Shown: positions 18,859 through 28,504 of the stretch, in pieces
Numbering within the stretch: position 1 is the first letter of the stretch
Layout: each line of letters opens with the position of its first letter
NCBI GenBank assembly: GCA_026983675.1
Contig: JALSTP010000075.1
Coordinates: 442 to 64,441, forward strand
DNA length: 64,000 nt
DNA from: Sedimenticola sp.
GTDB taxonomy: Bacteria > Pseudomonadota > Gammaproteobacteria > Chromatiales > Chromatiaceae
Reading direction: 5' to 3'
Made by a program: the position numbers and the translations under genes
The notes under the pieces: generated by a model
The model's database searches: none
Seen by the model: the letters and a program-made list of their open reading frames with translations, nothing else
What the model was told of the DNA's origin: nothing

Positions 18859-19823
18859 CAGCCGCAACGGGGCTTGGACGGCGCGTTCAGGCGCAGCGAA
18901 CCGGTGACCTGTTCCACCGTGGCAAGGCCGTGGCGCTCCAGATAATCGAGGATCCCGGTGTTGATCTTCCGGCAGATGAGGGGGTCATAGAAGAGGGCTG
19001 TGCCCACTCCCACCGCGCTGGCGCCCGCGATGAGGAATTCGAGGGCATCCTCGGCGGTGGTTATGCCGCCCTGGCCGATGATGGGGATGCCATGATCGCG
19101 ACACACCTGGTAGACCTGATGGACCTTGAGTAATGCTACCGGCTTGATCGCCGGTCCCGAGAGCCCCCCCTGATTGTTGCCGATCAGAGGACTGCGGCTC
19201 TCGATGTCGATAGCCATGCCCATCAGGGTGTTGATGACGGAGAAGGCATCACTGCCCGCCTCGATGCAGCCGCGGGCATTGGCAGCGATGTCGGTCTGGT
19301 TGGGGGAGAGTTTGGTGATGAGGGGCTTCTCCGTGGCCCGCCGGCACGCCTCCACCACCCGCGCCGACATGGCCGGGTCGTTGCCGAAGGCCACCCCGCC
19401 CTCCTTGACGTTGGGGCAGGAGATGTTGATCTCGATGGCGTCGATGGGGGAGTCGTCGAAGCGGCGGGTGACCTCGTGATACTCCTCCAGCGTGGAACCG
19501 GAGACGTTGGCGATGAAGCGGGTCTCGCCAAAATCGAGCTGAGGCAGGATCTCGCCCACCACCGTGTCCACGCCGGGGTTCTGAAGGCCGATGGCGTTGA
19601 GCATCCCCGCAGGGGTCTCGCAGACCCGGTGCGGCGGATTGCCGAGACGCGGATCGAGGGTCGTCCCCTTGAGGCAGACGGCGCCGGCATCGCGGTTGGA
19701 AAAGCCCTTGATCCGGGTGTACTCTTCGCCGAAGCCGACGCAGCCCGAGAGCAGCACGATGGGGGTGTCGAAACGCAGGCCGCAGAACTCCACGGCCAGG
19801 GGGGAGGGGGTCGATTCGGTCAT
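18852..19823 (-). CDS. class 1 dihydroorotate dehydrogenase-family flavoenzyme (PyrD-1B catalytic subunit or PreA-like)
   Basis: GMLNAIGLQNPG, EINISCPN, TKLSPN, GGLSGPAIKP, IIGQGGI motifs of class 1 DHOD. No pyrK-like partner is adjacent. Confidence 0.75.
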   Translation of the reverse strand: MTESTPSPLAVEFCGLRFDTPIVLLSGCVGFGEEYTRIKGFSNRDAGAVCLKGTTLDPRLGNPPHRVCETPAGMLNAIGLQNPGVDTVVGEILPQLDFGETRFIANVSGSTLEEYHEVTRRFDDSPIDAIEINISCPNVKEGGVAFGNDPAMSARVVEACRRATEKPLITKLSPNQTDIAANARGCIEAGSDAFSVINTLMGMAIDIESRSPLIGNNQGGLSGPAIKPVALLKVHQVYQVCRDHGIPIIGQGGITTAEDALEFLIAGASAVGVGTALFYDPLICRKINTGILDYLERHGLATVEQVTGSLRLNAPSKPRCGCY

Positions 19824-19863
19824 GGGTCTGCAACCGCTCCTGTCACGATAGGTTTTGCAATCG

Positions 19864-20328
19864 ATGTTTCATGTGGTGTTGTACCAGCCTGAGATCCCTC
19901 CCAACACGGGCAATATCATACGCCTGTGCGCCAACACCGGCAGCCCCCTGCATCTGATCCATCCGCTCGGTTTCGAACTGGACGAGCGGCGCTTGCGCCG
20001 CGCGGGGCTCGACTACCGTGAGTGGGCCGAGGTGCGGGAATATCCTTCGCTGCAGGCCTTTCTGGAAGGTGTTGCGCCAGCGCGCCTGTTTGCCTGTACC
20101 ACGCAGGGCCATAGGCCCCATACGGCGATAGAATACCGCCCGGGTGATGCGCTGCTGTTCGGTCCCGAGACGCGCGGCCTGCCGGCGCGGGTGCTCGATG
20201 CGCTGCCATCGGCGCATCGGCTGCGTATCCCGATGGTCCCGGAGAGCCGCAGTCTGAATCTGTCCAACGCAGTGGCGGTGGTGCTCTACGAGGCATGGCG
20301 TCAGGCCGGCTTTGCGGGGTCGGTTTGA
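19864..20328 (+). CDS. trmL: tRNA (cytidine/uridine-2'-O)-methyltransferase TrmL
   Basis: [26 protein letters not shown]...[11 protein letters not shown]...[18 protein letters not shown] (SpoU/TrmL). Confidence 0.9.
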   Translation: MFHVVLYQPEIPPNTGNIIRLCANTGSPLHLIHPLGFELDERRLRRAGLDYREWAEVREYPSLQAFLEGVAPARLFACTTQGHRPHTAIEYRPGDALLFGPETRGLPARVLDALPSAHRLRIPMVPESRSLNLSNAVAVVLYEAWRQAGFAGSV

Positions 20329-20345
20329 CGGCCACGCGCCTGTGC

Positions 20346-21353
20346 CTACTCGGTCTCGGCCTTCTGTCGCCTCTCCAGCAGCGCATGGACCGCGGCCTTG
20401 GGCGCCAGCCCTTCGAACAGGACCTTGTAGGTCTGTTCGGTGATGGGCATGTCCACCCCCTTCTCCCGTGACAGGGCCAGGACCTCCGCGGTGGTCTGCA
20501 CGCCCTCGACCTCCTGACCGATCTCCTCGCGCGCCCGTTCCACCGACAACCCGCGGGCAAGCGCCAGCCCCATGCGCCGGTTGCGCGACTGGTCGTCGGT
20601 GCAGGTGAGGGCGAGGTCGCCGATGCCGGCCAGTCCCATGAAGGTCTCCTGACGGGCGCCCATCGCCCTGCCCAGCCGCATGATCTCCGCCAGGCCGCGG
20701 GTGATCAGCGCCGCCCGGGTATTGGCGCCGAAGCCGAGGCCGTCGGCGATACCGGCGGCGATGGCCATCACGTTCTTGGCCGCCCCGCCCACCTGGACAC
20801 CGACGATGTCGCTGCTGGTGTAGGCGCGGAAGGCCTCGCCGTGCAGATGACCGGCGAGACGTGTGGCATAGGCCGCGGACGGCGAGGCCACGGTGATGGC
20901 GGTGGGCAGCCCCATGGCCACTTCCCGGGCGAAGGTGGGGCCGGATATGACGGCCAAGTCCCGTGCGCCGAGCACTTCGCCCGCAACTTCGTGCAGCAGC
21001 AGATGCGTTCCGGGTTCGAAACCCTTGGTGGCCCAGCAGACGGCCCTCTCCGCGGGAAGCCGGCCCGCGATCGACTCCAGCACGGAGCGGAAGGCATGGC
21101 TGGGGACCACCACCAGTATCTCCCTGGCGCCGGCAAGGGCCTCCTCCAGGTCTGCCGTGGGGTGGAGTCCTGGCGGGAACGGGATACCGGGGAGAAACAG
21201 GCGGTTCTCGCCCTCCCGGCGCAGCCGGTCGGTCGCCTCCCGCAAGTGTCCCCAGAGCTTTACATCGAAGTCATTCCGCGCCAGCAGGATGGCCAGCGCC
21301 GTACCCCACGAGCCGGCGCCGAGAACAGCGAAGGGGCGGGGATCGGCCATCAC
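20346..21353 (-). CDS. gpsA: NAD(P)H-dependent glycerol-3-phosphate dehydrogenase
   Basis: VLGAGSWGTALA..., GAAKNVMAIAAGI, DLALTCTDDQSRNRRMG. Confidence 0.95.
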   Translation of the reverse strand: MMADPRPFAVLGAGSWGTALAILLARNDFDVKLWGHLREATDRLRREGENRLFLPGIPFPPGLHPTADLEEALAGAREILVVVPSHAFRSVLESIAGRLPAERAVCWATKGFEPGTHLLLHEVAGEVLGARDLAVISGPTFAREVAMGLPTAITVASPSAAYATRLAGHLHGEAFRAYTSSDIVGVQVGGAAKNVMAIAAGIADGLGFGANTRAALITRGLAEIMRLGRAMGARQETFMGLAGIGDLALTCTDDQSRNRRMGLALARGLSVERAREEIGQEVEGVQTTAEVLALSREKGVDMPITEQTYKVLFEGLAPKAAVHALLERRQKAETE

Positions 21354-21358
21354 AGGCG

Positions 21359-21835
21359 TCAGTGGGGTTTCTGCTCGCCTTCCTGCTGCTCGGCGAGCTG
21401 TTGCTGATGTTGCGCGTAGAGGGCATCGAAATTGACCGGTTGTAGCAGCATCTGCGGGAAGCTGCCCTTGGTGACCAGGTCGGAGATCACCTCCCGCGCA
21501 TAGGGGAAGAGGAGGTTAGGACAGAAGGCGCCGAGCATGGGACCCATTTCCTGTTCGGGGAAACCGCGCATGCCGAAGATGCCCGCCTGCTGCACTTCTG
21601 CGAGGTAGACGGTCTTGTCGGCCACCTTGGTCGTCACCGTGACCGTGAGCACCACCTCGAATACATCGTCCGCCAGGCGGTTCACATGGGTATTGACGTT
21701 CAGGTTGGTCTGCGGTTGCCAGTCGACCTGAAAGATCTCGGGAGAGTTCGGGGTCTCGAAGGAGATGTCCTTGGTGTAGATGCGTTGCAGTGCGAACTCA
21801 CGGTCCATCTGCTGCTGGTTCTCGTTGGCTGCCAT
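21359..21835 (-). CDS. secB: protein-export chaperone SecB
   Basis: FALQRIYTKDISFETPNSP...CPNLLFPYAREVISDLV. The secB-gpsA order is conserved. Confidence 0.95.
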   Translation of the reverse strand: MAANENQQQMDREFALQRIYTKDISFETPNSPEIFQVDWQPQTNLNVNTHVNRLADDVFEVVLTVTVTTKVADKTVYLAEVQQAGIFGMRGFPEQEMGPMLGAFCPNLLFPYAREVISDLVTKGSFPQMLLQPVNFDALYAQHQQQLAEQQEGEQKPH

Positions 21836-21853
21836 GGTTTGGTACTCCGGGGG

Positions 21854-22285
21854 TTATCGCGATGCCTTGCGGGTGACCGGCAGATTGGCGCTTTGCCAGG
21901 CCAGGATGCCACCCCGCAGATTATAGACCTCTTCGAATCCGGCCTTGCGCAACGTCTTCGCGGCGTGCGCCGATTGGGCGCCGGAGCGGCATGCCACAAT
22001 GATCGGGCGGCCCTTGTCCTTGTATTTTTTCAGGGTATCGATCTGATTGGCGAAGCCGTTGGCGGGGATATTGATGGCGTGAATGATGTGGCCCTTGGCG
22101 TAATCGGCGGCGGGCCGCACGTCCACGATAACGGCGTCCTTGCGGTTGACCAGATCGACGGCCCCCACGGGATCCACCGACCCCTTGTCGCCAAGGGTGA
22201 GGTTATGAATCAAGAGTCCCAGTACCACGACGAGGGCGAGTACCAGCTCCCAGTGATTGCCCGCAAATTCCAGGATCTGCTGCAT
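21854..22285 (-). CDS. membrane-anchored rhodanese-domain protein (YibN-like)
   Basis: N-terminal TM helix, rhodanese fold with active-site loop VACRSGAQS. It sits upstream of secB, as yibN does in E. coli. Confidence 0.85.
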   Translation of the reverse strand: MQQILEFAGNHWELVLALVVVLGLLIHNLTLGDKGSVDPVGAVDLVNRKDAVIVDVRPAADYAKGHIIHAINIPANGFANQIDTLKKYKDKGRPIIVACRSGAQSAHAAKTLRKAGFEEVYNLRGGILAWQSANLPVTRKASR

Positions 22286-22410
22286 TTGGTTTGTATCCGT
22301 CTCAGCTCTAGGTTTTTTGAATGGGCGCGCGCCCCCGGGGACACAGCGAGGCGATACGATACCACATGACGCACGCGCGGGGCGCGCCCCCGATGCGGCA
22401 GGGGTGCGCC

Positions 22411-22578
22411 CTAGGAGTCTGTCGGATTTAGGATTAATCTACTGCGCTGGTGGGAAAGCGGTCCATTTTTCCTCGATTTTTCGTTGCATAGGCCCACTAT
22501 GCGCCTCAAAATCGAGAAAAACTGGCCTCGCTTTCCCACCATGCTCGCGACGATCACCTAAACCCGACAGACTCCTAG
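22411..22578. mobile_element. MITE-like element, family A (168 bp, 22-bp terminal inverted repeats, CTAG at both ends)
   Basis: CTAGGAGTCTGTCGGATTTAGG at 22411-22432 and the reverse complement of 22557-22578 match at 21 of 22 positions. The interior is also largely self-complementary (GGTGGGAAAGCG...CGCTTTCCCACC). Partial copies occur at 29041-29084 and 2846-2864. Confidence 0.75.
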
Positions 22579-22663
22579 CCCGGATTATTCATGAAGTCGC
22601 TCGCGCCCTTGCTTGATCCTTGTCCACACAGGGAATTTTCCGACCGAGTGGAATACGGGCTAG
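22575..22663. mobile_element. MITE-like element, family B (89 bp, CTAGCCCG...CGGGCTAG ends)
   Basis: It shares the CTAG at 22575-22578 with element A. Imperfect TIR: CTAGCCCGGATTATTC vs the reverse complement of GAATACGGGCTAG. Two more copies lie at 55853-56020. The terminal CTAG contains the TAG stop of the ArsR-family gene. Confidence 0.75.
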
Positions 22664-23028
22664 TGCGCGTGGGTGCAGAACACCTCGCGCATCATGCCGA
22701 TGAGGCGCAGGGTGCGTGAGTCGCTGACACGATAGAAAACCCGATTGGCGTCCTTGCGCGAGGCGAGGATGCCCTTGTCGCGGAGGATGGCCAGGTGCTG
22801 GGAAATGTTGCTCTGCGACGTGCCCACGCGTTCGACGATGTCTTGCACGCTGACTTCCGTATCGCCGAGGGTACAGAGTATTTTCAAGCGCAGGGGGTGT
22901 GACATCGCCTTAAGCGCCCGCGAGGCGCGATCGATGTCTTCATCCTCGGAAAGGAGGTTCATCTCTTCCTCGAGGACGTCACTGGCATCCAGGATGTTGC
23001 CCGAATTACTGCCGAATTTATGTTCCAT
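22660..23028 (-). CDS. ArsR/SmtB family transcriptional regulator
   Basis: ALKAMSHPLRLKILCTL...VSVQDIVERVGTSQSNISQHLAILRDKGIL...RVFYRV (winged HTH of the ArsR family). Confidence 0.9.
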   Translation of the reverse strand: MEHKFGSNSGNILDASDVLEEEMNLLSEDEDIDRASRALKAMSHPLRLKILCTLGDTEVSVQDIVERVGTSQSNISQHLAILRDKGILASRKDANRVFYRVSDSRTLRLIGMMREVFCTHAH

Positions 23029-23240
23029 GATTTTTGCCGGGATATATTGACATTAGAATGATGACCGTTCTTTAAGAATAGAATAATAAGCTTTTTTTCC
23101 AAAAGTGGGAATAAGGTCTTGACATCGAATCGATGGAAGGCGAAGTAAAAGGCATGCAGAATCCCCCCAGACCGGATTTTCCACACCCCTGCAATCTGGT
23201 CTGCATTCGCCATACGTGTTTTAATGCAAGGGCTTACAGT

Positions 23241-23282
23241 GGATCGGGCGGTGTAGAACGCGATGACCCCGATCCGATTTTT
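23241..23282 (+). terminator. terminator/attenuator-like hairpin 33 nt upstream of gpmI
   Basis: GGATCGGG / CCCGATCC 8-bp stem with a 19-nt loop, followed by GATTTTTC. It lies inside an unusually AT-rich 286-bp intergenic region. Confidence 0.4.
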
Positions 23283-23314
23283 CACTGTCCTCCAAAGGGG
23301 TTTTTCGACTGCCT

Positions 23315-24871
23315 ATGGGCGTACGCATCAAACCAGTGGTATTGCTGATACTCGATGGGTGGGGATATCGGGAAGAAAAGGAGGACAACGCCATTGCAGT
23401 TGCCGATACGCCCGTTTGGGACAGACTCTGGGCCACCCACCCCCACACACTGATCCAGACCTCCGGCGCCGCAGTGGGCCTGCCCGGTGGACAGATGGGC
23501 AATTCCGAAGTGGGGCATCTGAACCTCGGCGCGGGGCGGGTGGTGTACCAGGAATTCACCCGCATCAGCCGCTCGATCCGTACTGGCTCCTTCTTCACCA
23601 ACCGGACACTGGTCACGGCGGTCGATCACGCCATCGAGGCCGGGACGGCGGTGCATATCCTCGGCCTCCTCTCTCCTGGCGGTGTTCACAGTCACGAGGA
23701 ACATATCCACGCGATGGTGCGCCTGGCCGTTGAACGCGGCGCGCGGAAGGTCTATGTCCATGCGTTTCTCGACGGCCGCGACACGCCGCCGAAGAGCGCC
23801 AGGGCCTCTTTGGAAAAACTTCAGCATCTGTTCGGCGATCTCGGTTGTGGCCGTCTGGCCTCTTTCATCGGGCGTTACTATGCCATGGACCGCGACGCCC
23901 GCTGGCAGCGCAGTCGTCTGGCCTATGAATTGCTGACCGAGTGCAAGGCCGAGTACCGCGCTCCCGATCCCCTCACGGCCCTGGAGATGGCGTACGCACG
24001 GGGCGAAACGGACGAATTCGTCAAGGCCACCTGCATCGCGCCCGAAGGGGAATCGCCGGTGATGGTGGGCGACGGCGATACGCTGGTTTTCATGAATTTC
24101 CGATCGGACCGCGCCCGCCAGCTCACCCAGGCCTTCATAGAGCGGGAGTTCGAAGGCTTTGAGCGCCACGTCTGGCCCAAGCTCGGCAGCGTGGCGAGCC
24201 TGACCGAATACAACGCCGATTTCGATATCCCGGTGGCATTTCCCCCCGAACGTATCAAGAACGGGTTTGGTGAATATATCTCGTCGCTCGGCCTGCGCCA
24301 GTTGCGGCTGGCGGAGACCGAGAAATACGCCCACGTCACCTTCTTCTTCAACGGCGGCGTCGAGCAGCCTTACGAGGGGGAGGATCGCATCCTGGTGCCA
24401 TCGCCCCAGGTGGCCACTTACGATCTGAAACCCGAGATGAGTGCGCCCCGCGTCACGGAACACCTCGTCGAGGCCATAGAGGGCGGAAAGTACGACGCCA
24501 TCATCTGTAACTATGCAAACGCCGACATGGTCGGTCATACCGGCAACATGGAAGCCGCGGTCAAGGCCATCGAGGCAGTCGACCGCAGCCTGGGGCATGT
24601 GCTGGATGCGCTGCAACGGGTGAAGGGCGAGATGCTGGTGACCGCCGACCACGGCAACGCCGAGCAGATGAAGGATCGCAAGACCCATCAGCCCTATACC
24701 GCCCACACCAGCAATCCGGTGCCGCTGGTCTACATCGGCCGCCCGGCGACACTGGTGGACAAGGGCATCCTCAGCGATATTGCGCCGACGCTGCTCAAGA
24801 TTATGGGCCTTGAGCAGCCGGTGGAGATGACCGGTCGCCCGTTGGTGGAATTCGACGGAAGCGCTGAGTGA
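23315..24871 (+). CDS. gpmI: 2,3-bisphosphoglycerate-independent phosphoglycerate mutase
   Basis: [12 protein letters not shown]...[18 protein letters not shown]...ADHGNAE. Confidence 0.96.
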   Translation: MGVRIKPVVLLILDGWGYREEKEDNAIAVADTPVWDRLWATHPHTLIQTSGAAVGLPGGQMGNSEVGHLNLGAGRVVYQEFTRISRSIRTGSFFTNRTLVTAVDHAIEAGTAVHILGLLSPGGVHSHEEHIHAMVRLAVERGARKVYVHAFLDGRDTPPKSARASLEKLQHLFGDLGCGRLASFIGRYYAMDRDARWQRSRLAYELLTECKAEYRAPDPLTALEMAYARGETDEFVKATCIAPEGESPVMVGDGDTLVFMNFRSDRARQLTQAFIEREFEGFERHVWPKLGSVASLTEYNADFDIPVAFPPERIKNGFGEYISSLGLRQLRLAETEKYAHVTFFFNGGVEQPYEGEDRILVPSPQVATYDLKPEMSAPRVTEHLVEAIEGGKYDAIICNYANADMVGHTGNMEAAVKAIEAVDRSLGHVLDALQRVKGEMLVTADHGNAEQMKDRKTHQPYTAHTSNPVPLVYIGRPATLVDKGILSDIAPTLLKIMGLEQPVEMTGRPLVEFDGSAE

Positions 24872-26247
24872 CAGGATCGATGCGACGCCGGCTCATCCAG
24901 GTTTTGCTGCTGGTGTCGGTCGTGTTCTCCCCGGCGCTGTATGCGGCAGCCGACGTAGACAGCAAGCGCAAGGAGCTGGAGGAGATCCAGCAGCGTATCC
25001 GCCATTTGCAGCATGACCTGAAACTCATCAAGGGGCAACGGCAGGCGTTGCATGCGGGGCTGCGGGACGCGGAGAAGCGCATTGCCAATGCGGCCCGGGT
25101 CGTGCGGCGTCTGCGCAAACAGATCGCGCGTCAACAAAAACGTCTGGAGCGCTTGAAAACAGCGCGACGGCAGACCCAGGAGCGGGTGGCGACCCAGCGC
25201 CAGGCGCTGGCCCGGCAGATACGCGCGGCCTACGCCATGGGGCGGCAGGAGCGTATCAAGCTGTTGCTCAATCAGCAGGAACCGGGGGTGGTGAGTCGCA
25301 TGTTGATCGACTACGACTACCTCAACCGGGCGCGCAGCCGGCGGCTCGTCCGCTTGAAGCAGGAGCTGGCCCGTCTTGGTGAGATCGAGGAGGAGATCCT
25401 TGCCGAAAACAGTCGCCTGAAATCACTGGAAAAGGAGCGGCGGCAGGAACACAAACACTTTCTGCGCAGCCGGGAAGAGCGGAAGAGGTTGCTGGCCACC
25501 TTGAACGCGGATATACGTTCGAAGGGTGACCGGCTCGATGAACTGAAACGGGACGAGAAACGGCTGCAGCGGCTCATCGACAAGCTGCGGGAGACCCTTG
25601 CCGACCTGCCGGTGACGGTGAAGGAGAGTCTGCCCTTCCGTAAGCGCGCCGGTCGCCTCCAATGGCCGGTGAAAGGGCGTCTGGCGATCCGCTACGGGGC
25701 CCCGCGGAAGCTGGGCAAACTGCGTTGGGAAGGCGTCTTCATCGCCGCCCCGGAGGGCCGCGAAGTGAAGGCGGTGCACCACGGCCGGGTGGCGTTCGCC
25801 GACTGGCTTCGCGGCTATGGCCTGCTGATGATCATCGACCATGGGGATGGCTACATGACACTCTATGGCCACAACCAGGTACTGTTCAAAGAGACCGGCG
25901 AGTGGGTGGAACCCGGGGAGACCATCGCCCTGGTCGGTGAGAGTGGCGGCCACAGCCGGAGCGGCGTCTATTTCGGGATCCGCTACAAAGGCAAGCCGGT
26001 GAACCCTGTTCGCTGGTGCAGAAAGCCAGGGCGCGGAGGGGCGGTCGGCTCAAGGATCAACGGCGCCGATACTGGCAAGATCGGTTTGAACCCCTTGGCA
26101 TGCGAGGCCGTCGTGAAGGACAAGCCGCTGCCCGCACCGTGTCACGCTTTTTATACATTCATCCCCCCGATGAACACAGACTTCAACCCCCCGGGTCTGA
26201 TAACATGGGCGCCATCCAGATCGCAGCGCGCGGAAACGAAAGGGTAG
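24868..26247 (+). CDS. envC: murein hydrolase activator EnvC (coiled coil + LytM/M23 domain) with a 73-aa C-terminal tail
   Basis: Signal peptide, long coiled coil, LytM domain ([25 protein letters not shown]...[15 protein letters not shown]). gpmI-envC-yibQ synteny. Confidence 0.88.
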   Translation: MTGSMRRRLIQVLLLVSVVFSPALYAAADVDSKRKELEEIQQRIRHLQHDLKLIKGQRQALHAGLRDAEKRIANAARVVRRLRKQIARQQKRLERLKTARRQTQERVATQRQALARQIRAAYAMGRQERIKLLLNQQEPGVVSRMLIDYDYLNRARSRRLVRLKQELARLGEIEEEILAENSRLKSLEKERRQEHKHFLRSREERKRLLATLNADIRSKGDRLDELKRDEKRLQRLIDKLRETLADLPVTVKESLPFRKRAGRLQWPVKGRLAIRYGAPRKLGKLRWEGVFIAAPEGREVKAVHHGRVAFADWLRGYGLLMIIDHGDGYMTLYGHNQVLFKETGEWVEPGETIALVGESGGHSRSGVYFGIRYKGKPVNPVRWCRKPGRGGAVGSRINGADTGKIGLNPLACEAVVKDKPLPAPCHAFYTFIPPMNTDFNPPGLITWAPSRSQRAETKG

Positions 26248-26257
26248 AGAAGAACGT

Positions 26258-27586
26258 ATGGCAAAGTTATGGCGGATACTTCCGGTATGGATCGTCGGCG
26301 CGGCCTTGGCGGTCGGCTGGCCAGCAGGCCCCGTGTGGGCCGAGCAGCCCGCCGCCAAGGTGGAGAAAGGGCGGTTGCCGATCAAGGAAGTGCGAAACTT
26401 CGCTGAGATCTTCGAGCGGATCAAGAGTGACTATGTGGAGCCGGTGGGCGACAAAAAACTGCTGGAGAGCGCCATACGCGGCATGCTGTCGGGCCTCGAC
26501 CCCCATTCCTCCTATCTGAACGAGGAAGAATACCGTGAACTGCAGGTGGGGACCACGGGTGAGTTCGGCGGGCTCGGCATCGAGGTTGGCATGGAGGACG
26601 GCTTCGTCAAGGTCATCTCCCCCATCGACGACACCCCTGCCCAGCGCGCCGGCCTGCGGGCGGGCGACCTGATCATTCGCATCGACAACAAGTCAGTGAA
26701 GGGGATATCACTGGATGACTCCGTAAAACTCATGCGCGGCAAACCTGGGTCACCGGTGAAGCTGACCATCGTGCGGGAGGGGGTCGACAAACCCTTCACC
26801 GTGACCGTGGTGCGTGACATCATCAAAGTGGCCAGCGTCAAGAGCCGGATGCTTGAGCCCGGTTACGGCTATGTGCGCATCACCCACTTCCAGGCGCGCA
26901 CCGCCGAGGACATGCTCAAGGCGATCAAGCGTCTCAAGACCATCAGCGGCAAACTCAAGGGCCTCGTGCTCGATCTCCGGAACAACCCTGGCGGCGTGTT
27001 GAGCGGTGCGGTCGCCGTCAGTGACGCCTTTCTGGAAAAGGGGCTGATCGTATATACCAAGGGGCGGGTGGCGGATTCCCGGCTGCGTTTCGAGGCCGGG
27101 CCAGATGACATTCTCGAAGGGGCGCCGATGGTGGTATTGGTGAACGGCGGGTCGGCCTCCGCGTCGGAGATCGTGGCCGGCGCGCTGCAGGACCAGCACC
27201 GCGCGATCATCATGGGGCAGCGCACCTTTGGCAAGGGCTCGGTACAGACCATCATTCCGGTAAGCCGGGTCACTGCGATCAAGCTGACCACTGCACGGTA
27301 CTATACGCCTGCCGGGCGTTCCATCCAGGCCGAAGGCATCAAGCCGGATATCATGCTGGAGAATGTCGAGGTAGAGACCAAGGCGCCCCCCGTTACCCTG
27401 CTGAAGGAGGCGGATCTCAGTGGCCATCTGGAAAACGGCAAGGCAAAAGGGAAAAAGAAGAAGAAACAGGGCGGAAAAGGAAAACAGCGCGCAACCGAAC
27501 AGTTGGTGGCCAAGGATTACCAACTCAACGAGGCGCTCAACATGCTTAAGGGGCTGTACATTCTGCAACAGGCTGAAGGCAAATAA
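26258..27586 (+). CDS. carboxy-terminal processing protease (S41 family, PDZ domain)
   Basis: PDZ (GGLGIEV...PAQRAGLRAGDLI), catalytic GGSASASEIVAGALQD and TFGKGSVQT. Confidence 0.92.
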   Translation: MAKLWRILPVWIVGAALAVGWPAGPVWAEQPAAKVEKGRLPIKEVRNFAEIFERIKSDYVEPVGDKKLLESAIRGMLSGLDPHSSYLNEEEYRELQVGTTGEFGGLGIEVGMEDGFVKVISPIDDTPAQRAGLRAGDLIIRIDNKSVKGISLDDSVKLMRGKPGSPVKLTIVREGVDKPFTVTVVRDIIKVASVKSRMLEPGYGYVRITHFQARTAEDMLKAIKRLKTISGKLKGLVLDLRNNPGGVLSGAVAVSDAFLEKGLIVYTKGRVADSRLRFEAGPDDILEGAPMVVLVNGGSASASEIVAGALQDQHRAIIMGQRTFGKGSVQTIIPVSRVTAIKLTTARYYTPAGRSIQAEGIKPDIMLENVEVETKAPPVTLLKEADLSGHLENGKAKGKKKKKQGGKGKQRATEQLVAKDYQLNEALNMLKGLYILQQAEGK

Positions 27587-27604
27587 AAAGATAAGGGGAC
27601 GACT

Positions 27605-28504
27605 ATGGGGCAACGCCGCAGGAGGGACGCATCGATTGCAGCGATGCAAGGGGGCCGTACGCGGGCGTTCTACCGATGGCGCGTGGTGTGGGGCATGATC
27701 ATCCTGTTGAGCGCGGCCACCAGCATGGCCGGCGCCGGACAGGCACCGCGAATCGCCTTGATCATCGATGACATGGGCAACAATGAGATGCTTGGTCGGT
27801 GGGCGTTGCATCTGCCGGGCAGTGTCACCTATGCATTTCTTCCCCACACACCCCACGGCAAGGATCTCGCCAGGGCGGCCTATGCCCGACATCGTGAAAT
27901 CCTGCTGCATCTGCCCATGCAGCCCTATGACAAGACCGCCCACGACAAGGGCATGTTACGCAAGGGCATGGCGGAGGCCGCGTTTCGGCGTACCCTGTTG
28001 TCGGACATCGCCTCCATTCCCCATGTCAGTGGCGTCAACAATCATCGCGGCAGCCTGTTGACCTCCGACACCGCATCCATGCGCCGGGTGATGGAGGGGC
28101 TGCGCGCCTTCGGCCTGTTTTTCATCGACAGCCGTACCGCCGAGAGTTCCGTTGCCGAAAAGGTGGCCATGGAGAGCGGCATCCCCACCGCCAGCCGCAA
28201 TATCTTCCTCGATCACGTCATCGAGCGAAAGGCCATCGAAGGCCAGTTTGGTAAACTGGTGCGCATGGCGAGGCATCGGGGTACCGCCATTGGCATCGGT
28301 CACCCGCACCCCGAGACGCTCAGCGTGTTGTCGAAGATGTTGCCGCGGCTGAAGAGGCTCGGCATACGCCTCGTCCCTGTATCGAAACTCACCAAGCTAC
28401 CCCCCCGGAGGAAGTTATGGCGCGCGTCCTCGTCCCTCTCGCCCAAGGTTGCGAAGAACTCGAAGCTGTCACCGTTATCGATCTGCTGCGACGTGCCGGA
28501 ATAG
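27605..28504 (+). CDS. divergent polysaccharide deacetylase family protein (YibQ-like)
   Basis: IALIIDDMG...YAFLP...LHLPMQP...GVNNHRGS...FFIDSRT...IGIGHPHPETL. Its position after envC/ctp matches E. coli yibQ. Confidence 0.85.
   Translation: MGQRRRRDASIAAMQGGRTRAFYRWRVVWGMIILLSAATSMAGAGQAPRIALIIDDMGNNEMLGRWALHLPGSVTYAFLPHTPHGKDLARAAYARHREILLHLPMQPYDKTAHDKGMLRKGMAEAAFRRTLLSDIASIPHVSGVNNHRGSLLTSDTASMRRVMEGLRAFGLFFIDSRTAESSVAEKVAMESGIPTASRNIFLDHVIERKAIEGQFGKLVRMARHRGTAIGIGHPHPETLSVLSKMLPRLKRLGIRLVPVSKLTKLPPRRKLWRASSSLSPKVAKNSKLSPLSICCDVPE

Noticed and set aside
21835-21854. Absence of grxC between the yibN-like rhodanese gene and secB, unlike E. coli.
   Set aside because: The gap is only 18 bp with no remnant. 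This is ordinary lineage-specific gene-order variation rather than a notable deletion.
22591-22662. Short ORFs inside family-B elements (MKSLAPLLDPCPHREFSDRVEYGL, and a related peptide at 55869 onward).
   Set aside because: The shared peptide segment simply reflects the conserved DNA of the repeat. There is no ribosome-binding site, and the frame is not maintained across the variable core.
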